Virus record (IMG/VR): IMGVR_UViG_3300031555_004037
DNA: 64,000 nt
Source: a virus
Taxonomy: Duplodnaviria > Heunggongvirae > Uroviricota > Caudoviricetes
Direction: 5' to 3' (one strand)
Both the position numbers and the translations under genes were made by a program. Below the pieces are notes generated by a model that was not told the origin of the DNA, did no database searches, and saw only the letters and a program-made list of their open reading frames with translations. Positions 29,901 to 38,171 of the stretch are shown piece after piece; within the stretch, counting starts at the first letter, position 1, and each line of letters begins with the position of its first letter.

Positions 29901-32864
29901 GATGGAACACTTTATGGACCATCATCAGGAGAATGTTTACTTTCTGACTTAGGTATTGATACTTTTGTAATTGATAAGACAGAAGATACAAGTAGTGCTT
30001 ATTTTGTTGTAACTATTAAAACAGCCATTACAGTTGATGGTGTACCTCAAATTAAACCTTTATTTGAGCATAATATCAATAGAGATGTAGATTCTGAAAC
30101 AATTAAATGGTTACAGATTGAAACATCTGCTGGTTCTGTATCTGGTTATCAAGGAGTTATTCCTAATGATATTCAAGCAGAATTAGTTGATACACTTACT
30201 TATTCAAACTGTGCTGAAACAGTTGATGCTTTAATTGATGGTAAAGTTGTTGTTCGTGAAGATGTTCTTGACGGAAATGGCAACCCTGTATTAAATGCAG
30301 ATGGAACACCACAATATAAAGAGGGCGAAGTAGTAGCAGAAAATTCTGTAACAAAAACTCTTTCTGTTGGAGAGGGTACTACAAATATTTCATATATATT
30401 TGACTCTTCAAAATATGCTGGTAAGACATTAGTAGTATATGAGAATGTATATATTGAAGTTAATGGACAGAAGACACTTATTGCTACACACGAAGATTTA
30501 TATGATACAAACCAAACTGTTAGAATACCAGAAATTAAAACTGAATTAATGACAGTTCATAATGGAAATGGATTTAAGGTTATTTCACAAGTATATGAAG
30601 AAGTAACTGTAACAGATTATGTAACATATACAAATGTTAAACCTAATGAGTCTTGGGTACTTACTGCAACTGTTAAAGATGGCAAAACAGGAAATACTGT
30701 ACTTGATGCAGACGGAAATCCTGTAACTAAAGACCATACATTTACTCCTACAGAAGAAAATGGTGTTGAGCCTGTGGAAATTACTTTCACAAGATTACTT
30801 ACAGAAACTTCTTGGGAAGAAGATGAGAGTTGGGTAATGTTTGAAGATTTGAGATTAAGTGGAGATAGAGAAGATTTTATTTATGCTTTCCACAATGACA
30901 TCAATGACGAAAACCAAACAATTTTACACCCTAAATTTAGAACAACTGCTGTTGAAGCAGATTCAGCAGGAAAAATGATTCTTGCTGATGTAGACCAAAC
31001 AGTAATTGATAAGGTAGAATTAAAGAACTTTGATACTGCTAGTGGACTTGCTAAAGGCGATAAGTTTACATTAAAGATTGTACCTATTATTGTTGAAACC
31101 GAAGAACCAATTCTTAAAGAAGACGGAACTCCTTATTCAAATACTAAAACATTTGAATGGAACGGTCAAACAGAAGAAACAATCTCAATTACTTTTGACG
31201 CTACAGGTTTAGACGGAAAGACTATTGTATTTTATGAGTATTTGTATTATGGAGAAAGTACAAATGATGAAGATATGGTATTAAAAGAAGATGTACCTAA
31301 TAATTGGGAACAGTCTGTTGTAGTACCTAAAATTCATACAAATGCAACTGACAAAGATACAAATACAAAGACTTTAGCAGTTAATGGAACTATTGTAGAC
31401 GAGGTATCATTAGAGTATATCTTACCTAATACTGAATATACTATTGAAACAAAAGTAGTTGATAAGACACTTTCTGAAACAGAAGGAGAAATAATCTTTG
31501 TTAAGGATAAAGATGGAAAAGATATTGTAGCAACAGTACCTTATACATCTCCATTAGTTGTAACAACTGAAACAAAGACATCTTATGAATGTAATGATTG
31601 TGATTTTGAAACTGAATTATTAGATAGTATAACAGAGCACATTGAAACAGACGGACATAATTCATATTCTACTGTTGAGAAAGAAACTCAACTTGAAACA
31701 GTTGCAAATACTGTATCAACAAAAGTGAATGTTGAAATTGATATGTCAACTGCTGTTGATATTGCAGGTCACGATATTGTTGTGTATGAGTATATTTACT
31801 ATAACGGTAAATTATGTGCAAAACATACAGATATTAATGATTTAGACCAAACAATTTATGTTCCTGATTGTAAAACAAAAGCAATCGACCCTGTTGATAA
31901 TGACAATATTATTGACGGAACTTCAAAAACTGCTAAAATTACTGATACTGTAACATATAGTAATTTAATTGTAGGTCAAGAATATACTGTTGTTGGTAAT
32001 TGGGTTGTTAAACCTAAATCAACAAATAAAGATTTAACTCTTGATAAAGATTATAAATACGAATATGTTAAGGACGCTGATGGTAATATCGTAACATCAT
32101 CTGTAACATTTGTTGCAGAAGAACCTAATGGTACTATTGATGTAGAATTTACTATTGACGCATCTAAATATGCAGGAAAGCATTTAGTAGCATTTGAATC
32201 AATTTATATGGAAGATGTTGAAATGGCAATTCACGCTGACATAAATGATGATGCACAAACTATCATCGTTCCACTTAAATTACACGCACAAATTGCAAAG
32301 GCTGATAGAGCCAATGTAACTTATTTCTTAAAAGATGCAGAAATTACTATCTTTAAGAAAGGTGTAAATGGAGCACCAGATACTATCGCAAAAGATATTA
32401 ATGGTAAAGATTGTGTTGGTATGACAGATGAAAATGGTCGCATTGACTTTACTGTGATTTATTATAGTGAAGATGACCAATTCTATGCTATGGAAACTAA
32501 AGCCCCTCGTGGTTATCAGTTATGTGAAGATAAATTTGAAATCTACCCTAGTGGAGATAGAGAAGGACTTGGAACTGACCTGATTAAGATTAGTGTTTTA
32601 GACGAAATTATTATTATTCCACCTAAAACAGGAGATAATACTCCTATTATTATCTTGGTGGCATTACTTGGAATTGGTATTGTTGGTGTAGTTATCTTAT
32701 TTGCTACTCGTGGCAAAAAGAAATCTGATGAAGAAAATTCCGATAAGGAAAATTCTAATGAAGAAACTACTACTGACACAAACCTTGAAATCGTTGAAAG
32801 TGAAATTGAAGAAACTTCTATTGAAGAAAATTCAAATGTAACAGATAACGATAGTAGTGTTTAG
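23955..32864 (+). CDS. Giant sortase-anchored surface protein: S8 subtilase-like domain, SpaA/Cna-B-like domains and VaFE/T-Q ester-type repeats
   Basis: Signal peptide; E/T-rich stalk; IDTG, NGHGT, AAGN and STS motifs; E..AP.GY motifs; repeated V.(Y/F)E.(L/I)Y...H.D..D..QT units; PPKTG followed by a TM helix and basic residues. Confidence 0.85.
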   Translation: MKRKTKTLGARIVSSLLVLGMVFSACPVTTYADSDEFENVTVDENSDEVVVVLDEDNTDPNVDSIPTDENLVEEEIVEDTVEPPETTNETEITTETNSEVTTETSSEITTEVVEDTTDVTEENSELTTETSETSETTDTTEISTENTEDVTTEESSEETTEETTEEEVEEIELVVFDHYFTEINESLVQTPDLLVQTNDPSIFTKNTNVVSNYDDVYVISCSSVEEARFVYSYYVDKVSNITDMSNVMSIATEDVEETEEVVEDVADLDNLNEGNDAIANLDNIEISNYSGYIALIDTGANADANFSVVGDDTSDSNGHGTQMLNYIKEENPNAKVMSIKVFNGSSTSAADVYAGIKLAIDSNVSVINLSLVGANIEKNAIVKDAIQEAIDKGIVVIGAAGNYNTNAKSYIPGCIDSVITVGAANENGTKYSSSNFNADIYVVATSTSEASARYTGMYTANNTENDRVFTTLLSEDDVVEDTEEDTTENEEETEINDDLIAVVEHYTNGVLNVPNPIDMEAFRIADNRKDLGLIANGKWASGLSGIDYGVCTHTSNGNGTGSASNFVSTTNGSITVAQILGGNSVPTECEGHFDNSTNSKGAIVLPSGTVEYKADYKTYIAPGVVNGQTVDCIYVEFNEILYRRQGESDWSVGWSTQNIPRTTGTITTTYNPNKTILENGTVSKYTITASTTVTVFGQTETVRIISDEQTWSSQDIVNEQVRQGVIDSLTNQLKTQIQKKYEGLHYYGKKDVNLVVTSDASNIIIGGSSTYKQCNEPQIFCSVLTAYRPAEIELSVTKRCNPDSNKVEIVNGNPNYSLAGTQFYVCSSAYSTTPITDKNGNPAIININANGSSNIIKFDSSAMANQTVYLYEVSVGKGYSMPTDRYTDVTLPTAGPINVTVNNDPVDDPPVITIRKANTENTDGVPTGLASLKGAVYTVEQYYNESDLLAGTNKVRTWKYTTIDESGYIYFRNPNYLLANQSDDVYNKGTELTFPVGYYKIYESAVPSEDGINTGYTKSDIVYVAKVSQTFTNDNIPTQKAHTDLYILKNGALVIIPTENFDEKGNVLDPQEPNNALKELENEKWLKIGVNKVDRDRNNLSTITSGAQGSSSYENAVYLVCSANHNVLDNTDISINHLNSYSFSNTALSTTISGVECNATALNRVSLSDVIWVDGEPLYIKTDANGYGETSVELPYGSENSYYLIEVAAPEGFEINPNRWYIDETWTTGANGVTVPGVTDIVGVNHSVASTNDGKTVEDVYRGTINIKKVDAHSNGATNADAKVEGIRYAVVLDVNNSVTGEAQNSIIWPQTTNSSYAGVTPKTYAPGQVVAVLTLDANGLANIKELPYASYTVYELREDAQVQAGQVYSSANLGTSKYANSSYLYTDSMWGSNVTTDNTSDNFTVTNVPIVVEEDGAIYSANYQNYVKMGKITIRKFDKETDTQINQGSNEFEGIRYAVVNRSADKVSYATVTETGEEVVVKYDVNDVVAILTLNENGYAEIENMPYGTYEVCELRMDATITPGETYDGSNKLGTSIYANECYLYADDIITYLINSDPIITNVATMSEEIHEAAFVFETKYSNAPVRGDLEFYKYDMNGRKMPYIPFKVTLLDENGNTALDKDGNPISHIIITDENGFANTHSRSKDISNLNTLDQYYVNGVYTGPLDANAAQANIWFGDIDAIVNENPAYICEQRGACLYGSYLIEELLCDANKGHAPMSIELTVSQNKQLASSDRILIDFDIWMDSEATDGYVGTNTLSVGFEDAPLNDEVRVTHIVTDTTYKLETEAYAVRESDGAVISLGKEDSEEFMCVYDDNGKIVVKQGDEIVGRGDDFVITEAKIKTDVHVDTRNLEEYDYVALVDRLYMKDGAQTTDEEHWTLIQTHNEDFSVETQRLYIPKFNSKATNITTGTQIGSLDPITEASDKFIYENFGDNDYFITVQLVDDNGNVLNDVNGNPCESNVTLFTSERFTTFSKHSELDGTLYGPSSGECLLSDLGIDTFVIDKTEDTSSAYFVVTIKTAITVDGVPQIKPLFEHNINRDVDSETIKWLQIETSAGSVSGYQGVIPNDIQAELVDTLTYSNCAETVDALIDGKVVVREDVLDGNGNPVLNADGTPQYKEGEVVAENSVTKTLSVGEGTTNISYIFDSSKYAGKTLVVYENVYIEVNGQKTLIATHEDLYDTNQTVRIPEIKTELMTVHNGNGFKVISQVYEEVTVTDYVTYTNVKPNESWVLTATVKDGKTGNTVLDADGNPVTKDHTFTPTEENGVEPVEITFTRLLTETSWEEDESWVMFEDLRLSGDREDFIYAFHNDINDENQTILHPKFRTTAVEADSAGKMILADVDQTVIDKVELKNFDTASGLAKGDKFTLKIVPIIVETEEPILKEDGTPYSNTKTFEWNGQTEETISITFDATGLDGKTIVFYEYLYYGESTNDEDMVLKEDVPNNWEQSVVVPKIHTNATDKDTNTKTLAVNGTIVDEVSLEYILPNTEYTIETKVVDKTLSETEGEIIFVKDKDGKDIVATVPYTSPLVVTTETKTSYECNDCDFETELLDSITEHIETDGHNSYSTVEKETQLETVANTVSTKVNVEIDMSTAVDIAGHDIVVYEYIYYNGKLCAKHTDINDLDQTIYVPDCKTKAIDPVDNDNIIDGTSKTAKITDTVTYSNLIVGQEYTVVGNWVVKPKSTNKDLTLDKDYKYEYVKDADGNIVTSSVTFVAEEPNGTIDVEFTIDASKYAGKHLVAFESIYMEDVEMAIHADINDDAQTIIVPLKLHAQIAKADRANVTYFLKDAEITIFKKGVNGAPDTIAKDINGKDCVGMTDENGRIDFTVIYYSEDDQFYAMETKAPRGYQLCEDKFEIYPSGDREGLGTDLIKISVLDEIIIIPPKTGDNTPIIILVALLGIGIVGVVILFATRGKKKSDEENSDKENSNEETTTDTNLEIVESEIEETSIEENSNVTDNDSSV

Positions 32865-32892
32865 TAAATAATATAGTTTAATATACAAAAAG

Positions 32893-32934
32893 AGAGATAC
32901 TTACTGATTTATTGGTAGGTATCTCTTCTTTTTT
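32893..32934 (+). terminator. Intrinsic terminator
   Basis: AGAGATACTTACTGAT/ATTGGTAGGTATCTCT stem followed by a T-tract. Confidence 0.8.
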
Positions 32935-32958
32935 ATAAATACCTATTTAATTATATAG

Positions 32959-33052
32959 GTTTACATAACTTGTTTATATTATAATTATGTGTGGGCTTTT
33001 GGTTTACATAATATATTTACAATAATAATTACAAACTTTTAAGTTTACATAA
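32959..33052 (+). repeat. Three direct GTTTACATAA repeats
   Basis: Copies at 32959, 33002 and 33043 (spacing 43 and 41 bp). Confidence 0.8.
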
Positions 33053-33169
33053 GATATTTACCATAATTTTTAAAAATTTTGGACAAATTATTAAATTTTA
33101 TTGCTTTTTTCAGTTATATTATAATGACAACTTGCATATTATATATAAGTAAGAAATTTATAAAATTTG

Positions 33170-33198
33170 TTGACAAATAAAATATTATTTGATATAAT
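33170..33198 (+). promoter_or_regulatory. Consensus sigma-A promoter
   Basis: TTGACA, 17 bp spacer, TATAAT with TG extension. Confidence 0.85.
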
Positions 33199-33251
33199 AT
33201 AAGTATAAATCAATGATTTTAATATTACAATATTTAGGGGGCAATAAATAT

Positions 33252-33437
33252 ATGTATAATAATGAACAAGAAATTCGTAATAAAGCAATTAGTGATTTTG
33301 CAAAACAGTTAAAATTGAAATATCAATGTTATGATATTGATTTATGCTTTCAAGATAATGACCATTTGAGTTATACAAATAGTTGTATCGCATTTGAAAG
33401 TTTTGTTGACGAAATTGCAAAAGAATTGAAAGGTTAG
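33252..33437 (+). CDS. Small phage-like hypothetical protein
   Basis: RBS AGGGGG before ATG 33252; IRNKAI.DFA..LK pattern. Confidence 0.55.
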   Translation: MYNNEQEIRNKAISDFAKQLKLKYQCYDIDLCFQDNDHLSYTNSCIAFESFVDEIAKELKG

Positions 33438-33441
33438 TAAT

Positions 33442-33783
33442 ATGAGTAGAGAAAAACAATTTGTAGAAAAATTAACTAAATGGTTAGAAAGAGAAAAAGA
33501 AAATTATCCTTGTGATAATATTATATGTAATAAATGTAAATATAAAAATGATTGTTTTGAAGGAGAACTTTGTTATAAAGTTGAAATTGATAATATTATA
33601 AATATTGCTAATCAACTTGCAGAATATAATAAAGATTTCTGTGAATGGAAATATCATAGAACAATAGATGATGATAGAATGTATGAAACATCTTGCTATC
33701 ACGAATTTGAAGAGAGTTTTGTTAAGCAATATAAATTCTGTCCGTATTGTGGTAAACCTATTTCATTGATAGAAAAAATATAA
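33442..33783 (+). CDS. Cys-rich zinc-ribbon phage-like protein
   Basis: C-x4-CxxC cluster; CEW...TSC...FCPYCG. Confidence 0.65.
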   Translation: MSREKQFVEKLTKWLEREKENYPCDNIICNKCKYKNDCFEGELCYKVEIDNIINIANQLAEYNKDFCEWKYHRTIDDDRMYETSCYHEFEESFVKQYKFCPYCGKPISLIEKI

Positions 33784-33858
33784 ATAATATTGGCATTATT
33801 GGTATAAAATATATTATCTAAAAAATTAAAAAAAATTTATAATTTTTATAAAAAATTG

Positions 33859-33987
33859 TTTACAAATGAAAAAACTTATGCTATAATGTATATATAATCA
33901 AACAAGGGCAAGGTTGATTATAAAAAATAAAAAAAATTAGTAAATAATAAAAAAATTGTTTACAAATTCAAAAAAGTATGTTATTAT
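33859..33987 (+). promoter_or_regulatory. Tandem duplicated sigma-A promoters, 100 bp apart
   Basis: TTTACA-17-TATAAT (33859-33887) and TTTACA-17-TATTAT (33959-33987), each followed by AAACAAGGGCAA. Confidence 0.75.
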
Positions 33988-34035
33988 TAGTATATAGTAA
34001 ACAAGGGCAATATTAAAATGAAAGGAATGATTATT

Positions 34036-34902
34036 ATGAAGATTAACACAACAAACACAACAAATAAGAATAAGAAGAGAGTAGCAATTACAACAATTAT
34101 GTGTGCAATGGTAATTTTCGCAATGGTAGTAGTTGGTTGTGGTATCAAGAAGAACTCAACAGTTGCAGAAGCAGAGGGCGAGATTATTGCAGAAGTTGGT
34201 GCTACTATCGACACTACTGAAATCGTAGAAGATACTATTGAAATCGTAGAAGATACAACTGAAACTACTGAAACTACTGAAACAGTTGAAGAAACAACAG
34301 AAACAGTTGAAGAGCCTAGCGTAGAAACTCCTAGCGAGAATAAGCCTAGCAACACTACAACTGAAACTCCAAACACAACTCCAAGTGAGAATAAGCCTAG
34401 TGAAACACCTAGCACTCCTAGTACAACTGAAACACCTAGCACTCCTAGTCATACACACAATTATAAGACAACTGTAACAAACGCAACCTGCGTAAATAAT
34501 GGTTATACAACTTATACTTGTAGCTGTGGAGATACTTATGTAAGCGACTACACAAATACTACTAGCCACACTTATTCAAATGGTAAGTGTACAGTTTGTG
34601 GTACAGCAGACCCTAATGTAGCAAAGTGTATGTGTGGTACTCCACTTGTATCTATGAATGGTTACATTCTTCATAGAGCAGAGGGTTATTACGCAACTTA
34701 TGTATGTTTTAGTAATGGCGAGGATATGCCTTATGGTGACGGAACTTGGATAGATAAGTATATGACTGATAATGGTATTATTAGTTTTTCTATCGTTGAA
34801 AACTACTTTGTAGTTACAACTCCCGAGTGGAGAGAAGAGAATGTAACTAGAATGTGTTGTCCTTCTTGTAGAGCCACAAGTGAAGGTTTTATCGCATATT
34901 AG
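34036..34902 (+). CDS. Lipoprotein with T/E/P-rich stalk and Cys/His-rich C-terminal domain
   Basis: Lipobox VVGC; low-complexity stalk; HNY...ATC...GYTTYTCSCG repeat type. Confidence 0.75.
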   Translation: MKINTTNTTNKNKKRVAITTIMCAMVIFAMVVVGCGIKKNSTVAEAEGEIIAEVGATIDTTEIVEDTIEIVEDTTETTETTETVEETTETVEEPSVETPSENKPSNTTTETPNTTPSENKPSETPSTPSTTETPSTPSHTHNYKTTVTNATCVNNGYTTYTCSCGDTYVSDYTNTTSHTYSNGKCTVCGTADPNVAKCMCGTPLVSMNGYILHRAEGYYATYVCFSNGEDMPYGDGTWIDKYMTDNGIISFSIVENYFVVTTPEWREENVTRMCCPSCRATSEGFIAY

Positions 34903-34932
34903 TATTGCCCTATATATACTCTCTTGGAGAGT

Positions 34933-34958
34933 GAGCCACCTTTTTAGGTGGCTTTTTT
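34933..34958 (+). terminator. Intrinsic terminator
   Basis: GAGCCACCT/AGGTGGCTT stem followed by a T-tract. Confidence 0.85.
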
Positions 34959-34964
34959 ATTTAA

Positions 34965-35073
34965 TTATGTAAACCAAAATGGTTGACATAACGAAAATTA
35001 GTTTACATAACTTGGTTTTAATAAAATCAGTTTACATAAAAAATAAAGTTTACATAAAAGATATTATGTAAAC
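34965..35073. repeat. Cluster of six GTTTACATAA-type repeats in direct and inverted orientation
   Basis: 34965 (rc), 34982 (GTTGACATAA), 35001, 35030, 35048 and 35064 (rc). Confidence 0.85.
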
Positions 35074-35424
35074 CTAAAGGTTTTAAAAATAAGCATCCTA
35101 AATGTTTGGAAACTAGCCTATACTTTCCCCATTTTTGGTTTTGTTTAATTTTTCCCTTGAAATTTTTTGTTTAAGATTAGTCGATTACTTATTAGTCGAT
35201 GATGTGTTTTTTGTTTTTAAAAAACTATAGATAAACTGATTAACAGATATAGGAATATTAGTTATTGAAAAACTATGTGATATATTCCTATTAGATTTGA
35301 GAATATTCATTTTAAATATTCACGTTAGATTCAATGTAGGGTCATTTTTATAATTTCCTTTCCTTTTAAGACTTGTCCAAAGTGGGCAACTTTGAACTGT
35401 ATTTAAATCATTTACTATACATAT

Positions 35425-35572
35425 ATTATAACAAAAACTATCGAATTTGTAAACAATTTTTCACTATTTTCCGTAAATTATTTTCTCGGAAATGCCCTAT
35501 TTTCAAGGGTTTCAAGCGTTTTTTAATTGTTTATCGTGTTTATATATTAGCACATAATGTTCTACTTGTCAA
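35425..35572 (-). promoter_or_regulatory. Two leftward sigma-A promoters
   Basis: Minus strand TTTACA-17-TATAAT (35453-35425) and TTGACA-17-TAATAT (35572-35544). Confidence 0.65.
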
Positions 35573-35676
35573 CTATAAATTTCAAAATAAATTAAAAAAT
35601 TTTCAATTAATAAATATATAAAAATAAAGTGCTATTTAATTTATATAGGTATAACAAAAAGGAAGGAATTTAAGAA

Positions 35677-36504
35677 ATGAGAAAGACAATAATAATATTG
35701 TTTATTCTATTATTAGTAATAAGTAATGTAGAAACAATCCAAGCCAAAGGAATAGAAGAAACAATAGACGAATTAGGAATAGAAACAGAAATTGATAATA
35801 ATTTAGAATTTCTAAATGCTGTAACAAAACTATTCAAATTAGAAACGGATTATAAAAGCATAGAAGAATTTATTAATTATGCAGATAGTCATTATGAAAG
35901 AATAGAGCCATATCATAATGAGGGAGTAAATATAATTCCAAATCAAGCATTATTAAAAATAAATGAGCCTATATTCATAATTACGGATAACCAATTTTAT
36001 TTAGTACACCCTACAACAAATAAAATAAGAATATCAACAGTAGGAGATGCCACATATAAAAATATAGAAAAGGAATATACAGAAATAGTAAATTCAAATT
36101 CAAAGATATATAAACCTAATATAATGGTAACACCTTTAAATGAAATAAATGTAACATCCCCATTTGGATATAGAAATAACCCATTTGGAGATAATATTAC
36201 ATTTCATAGTGGTGTAGATTTACAAGCAAATATTGGGGAGAGTATTTATGCTACAAAGACAGGAATAGTAATACAATGTACATATAATGATGGTTATGGA
36301 AATTATATTGAGATACAACATAAAGACGGAACAAGTACATTATATTCTCATTGTGACGAAATATATGTAGAGATAGGAAATTATGTAAGTGTAGGAACAA
36401 TAATAGGAACTACTGGCGATACAGGAAGAACAACTGGACCACATTTACATTATGAATATAGAATAAATGGGGAATGTGTAGACCCAATGGAATACATAGA
36501 ATAG
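35677..36504 (+). CDS. Secreted M23 family peptidoglycan peptidase
   Basis: Signal peptide; TSPFGYR, HSGVD, GYGNY, YSH and TGPHLHYE motifs. Confidence 0.92.
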   Translation: MRKTIIILFILLLVISNVETIQAKGIEETIDELGIETEIDNNLEFLNAVTKLFKLETDYKSIEEFINYADSHYERIEPYHNEGVNIIPNQALLKINEPIFIITDNQFYLVHPTTNKIRISTVGDATYKNIEKEYTEIVNSNSKIYKPNIMVTPLNEINVTSPFGYRNNPFGDNITFHSGVDLQANIGESIYATKTGIVIQCTYNDGYGNYIEIQHKDGTSTLYSHCDEIYVEIGNYVSVGTIIGTTGDTGRTTGPHLHYEYRINGECVDPMEYIE

Positions 36505-36517
36505 GAGGCAATTTAAA

Positions 36518-37852
36518 ATGAAATTAAATTTAGGAAAAACACCAGAACAACAAAAAGCAGAAGAGGCTAAAAGACAAAGAGAATTAGAGGCATCTATCCA
36601 AGAAAAGATAATGGAAAGACAAGCCAAGATACAAGCATTACATAGAAAGCAGACATCAAATAAAATAATCATATTTAGTGTAAGTGCGATTATATTAGTA
36701 GCCTTAATTATATTTGGAACATATAATACATTTTTCAAAAAAGGTTTAACAGCAGATGATGTAAACACACAAATCACACAAAAGACAAGTACATTATATT
36801 TTCCTATTGAGGGTGTAAATGAATATATTGTAGATAATAGTCAAACATTATTTGATAAATATATTAGATTAGACCCTAGTTATGAATATGCAAAGGTAGA
36901 TAAAAATTCAATTTATATTGATAAGTTGATTAAGAAAACAAGTACATTTGCTATGGTATATTTTTCTATGGATGTTGAAGTTAAATCATTTGATACAGTT
37001 GTAACTGACCCAGAGGTAATTAAGCAATTACAGAGAAATGGTTTTGGAGTAGAGCCTACAACAACTACTGCAACACAACCAACACAGCCTACAACACCAC
37101 CTGCAACACCAACAGACGGAGCAGACGGAAATGATATACAATCAGCAGAGCCTACAAGTGAAGAAGATGTATCTAATGAAGAAGTATCAGCAGAAGATAT
37201 GTTAAATGCAGAAACAAGTGAAGAAGTAGTAACAGAAGAAGTAACTACTGAAACAACAGAGGTAGTAAATGAAGATGTATCAATGTCAGCAAATGAGATT
37301 AGTATGTCAAGTGGAAAAGGTCAAGATATAAATGAGTATTATATCACATCAGGTGGTCAAATTATGCAAAGAGGAAAGACCACAGTAACAAGATATGAAT
37401 TTTGTTTACCAATAGAATTAGTAAATGATAAAGAAAAGGGAGTATCTTATTACAGACCTGCATCAGATATGTCAATATATTCATTAATTGACCCACATCA
37501 AAGTGAATTTGAAGAAATAGAAGTTCATAGTGCATTTTTATTTAATGAAGATACATTAGTAGAAGAATCAGAGAAGAATGCAGCAAAAATCAAAGTAGAT
37601 AAGACATTAAGTGATTTATATAATAAGAGAGATACATCACAAGATTTCTTAAATGTAAGACAATTTAATACATATGATGCAACATATATTAGTTTAGACA
37701 CATTTGAATTACACACAGAAACAAACGCATTAGGATATAATGCAACGGTAACATATACAATTAAGACACCACAAGGATTTTATTATTCAGTTTCTACATA
37801 TTTATTAGTAGAAAAGAGTGGTACAAGTTGGGTAATTAAGAAAATGTTATAA
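36518..37852 (+). CDS. TcpC/VirB8-like conjugation protein
   Basis: One N-terminal TM helix, two NTF2-like halves split by a T/E/P-rich insert, C-terminal W.I motif; transfer-region context. Confidence 0.5.
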   Translation: MKLNLGKTPEQQKAEEAKRQRELEASIQEKIMERQAKIQALHRKQTSNKIIIFSVSAIILVALIIFGTYNTFFKKGLTADDVNTQITQKTSTLYFPIEGVNEYIVDNSQTLFDKYIRLDPSYEYAKVDKNSIYIDKLIKKTSTFAMVYFSMDVEVKSFDTVVTDPEVIKQLQRNGFGVEPTTTTATQPTQPTTPPATPTDGADGNDIQSAEPTSEEDVSNEEVSAEDMLNAETSEEVVTEEVTTETTEVVNEDVSMSANEISMSSGKGQDINEYYITSGGQIMQRGKTTVTRYEFCLPIELVNDKEKGVSYYRPASDMSIYSLIDPHQSEFEEIEVHSAFLFNEDTLVEESEKNAAKIKVDKTLSDLYNKRDTSQDFLNVRQFNTYDATYISLDTFELHTETNALGYNATVTYTIKTPQGFYYSVSTYLLVEKSGTSWVIKKML

Positions 37853-37872
37853 ATAGAAAGGAGAGATTAACG

Positions 37873-38169
37873 ATGGCAAAAGCAGGCGTTATAAGAGCGA
37901 GAAAAGATGGTGGATGTAGTTTATGTAGAGCATCTGAAGCCAATGTAGGTAAAAAAAGATGTTGTCATATTCTTGATAATGCAGCAATAGCAGTTAGACA
38001 CGAAAAAGGTGTAAATTTTATTGACATATCTGGCGATGTTGATAATAAAGAAATTTCTTTTTCTATGAAAGCATCTGAAAAAACTATTAAGAATTATATA
38101 GCATCTTTATCAGATGGTTTATCTAAAAAGGAAAAGGAAGAAATTTTATCTGTAATTAGGGATATGTAA
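37873..38169 (+). CDS. Small Cys/His-containing protein
   Basis: CSLC...RCCH motif; RBS. Confidence 0.6.
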   Translation: MAKAGVIRARKDGGCSLCRASEANVGKKRCCHILDNAAIAVRHEKGVNFIDISGDVDNKEISFSMKASEKTIKNYIASLSDGLSKKEKEEILSVIRDM

Positions 38170-38171
38170 TT

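Noticed and set aside
35373..35621. 82-aa + strand ORF
   Set aside because: TTG start without an RBS, implausible composition, and it overlaps minus-strand promoters in a regulatory region
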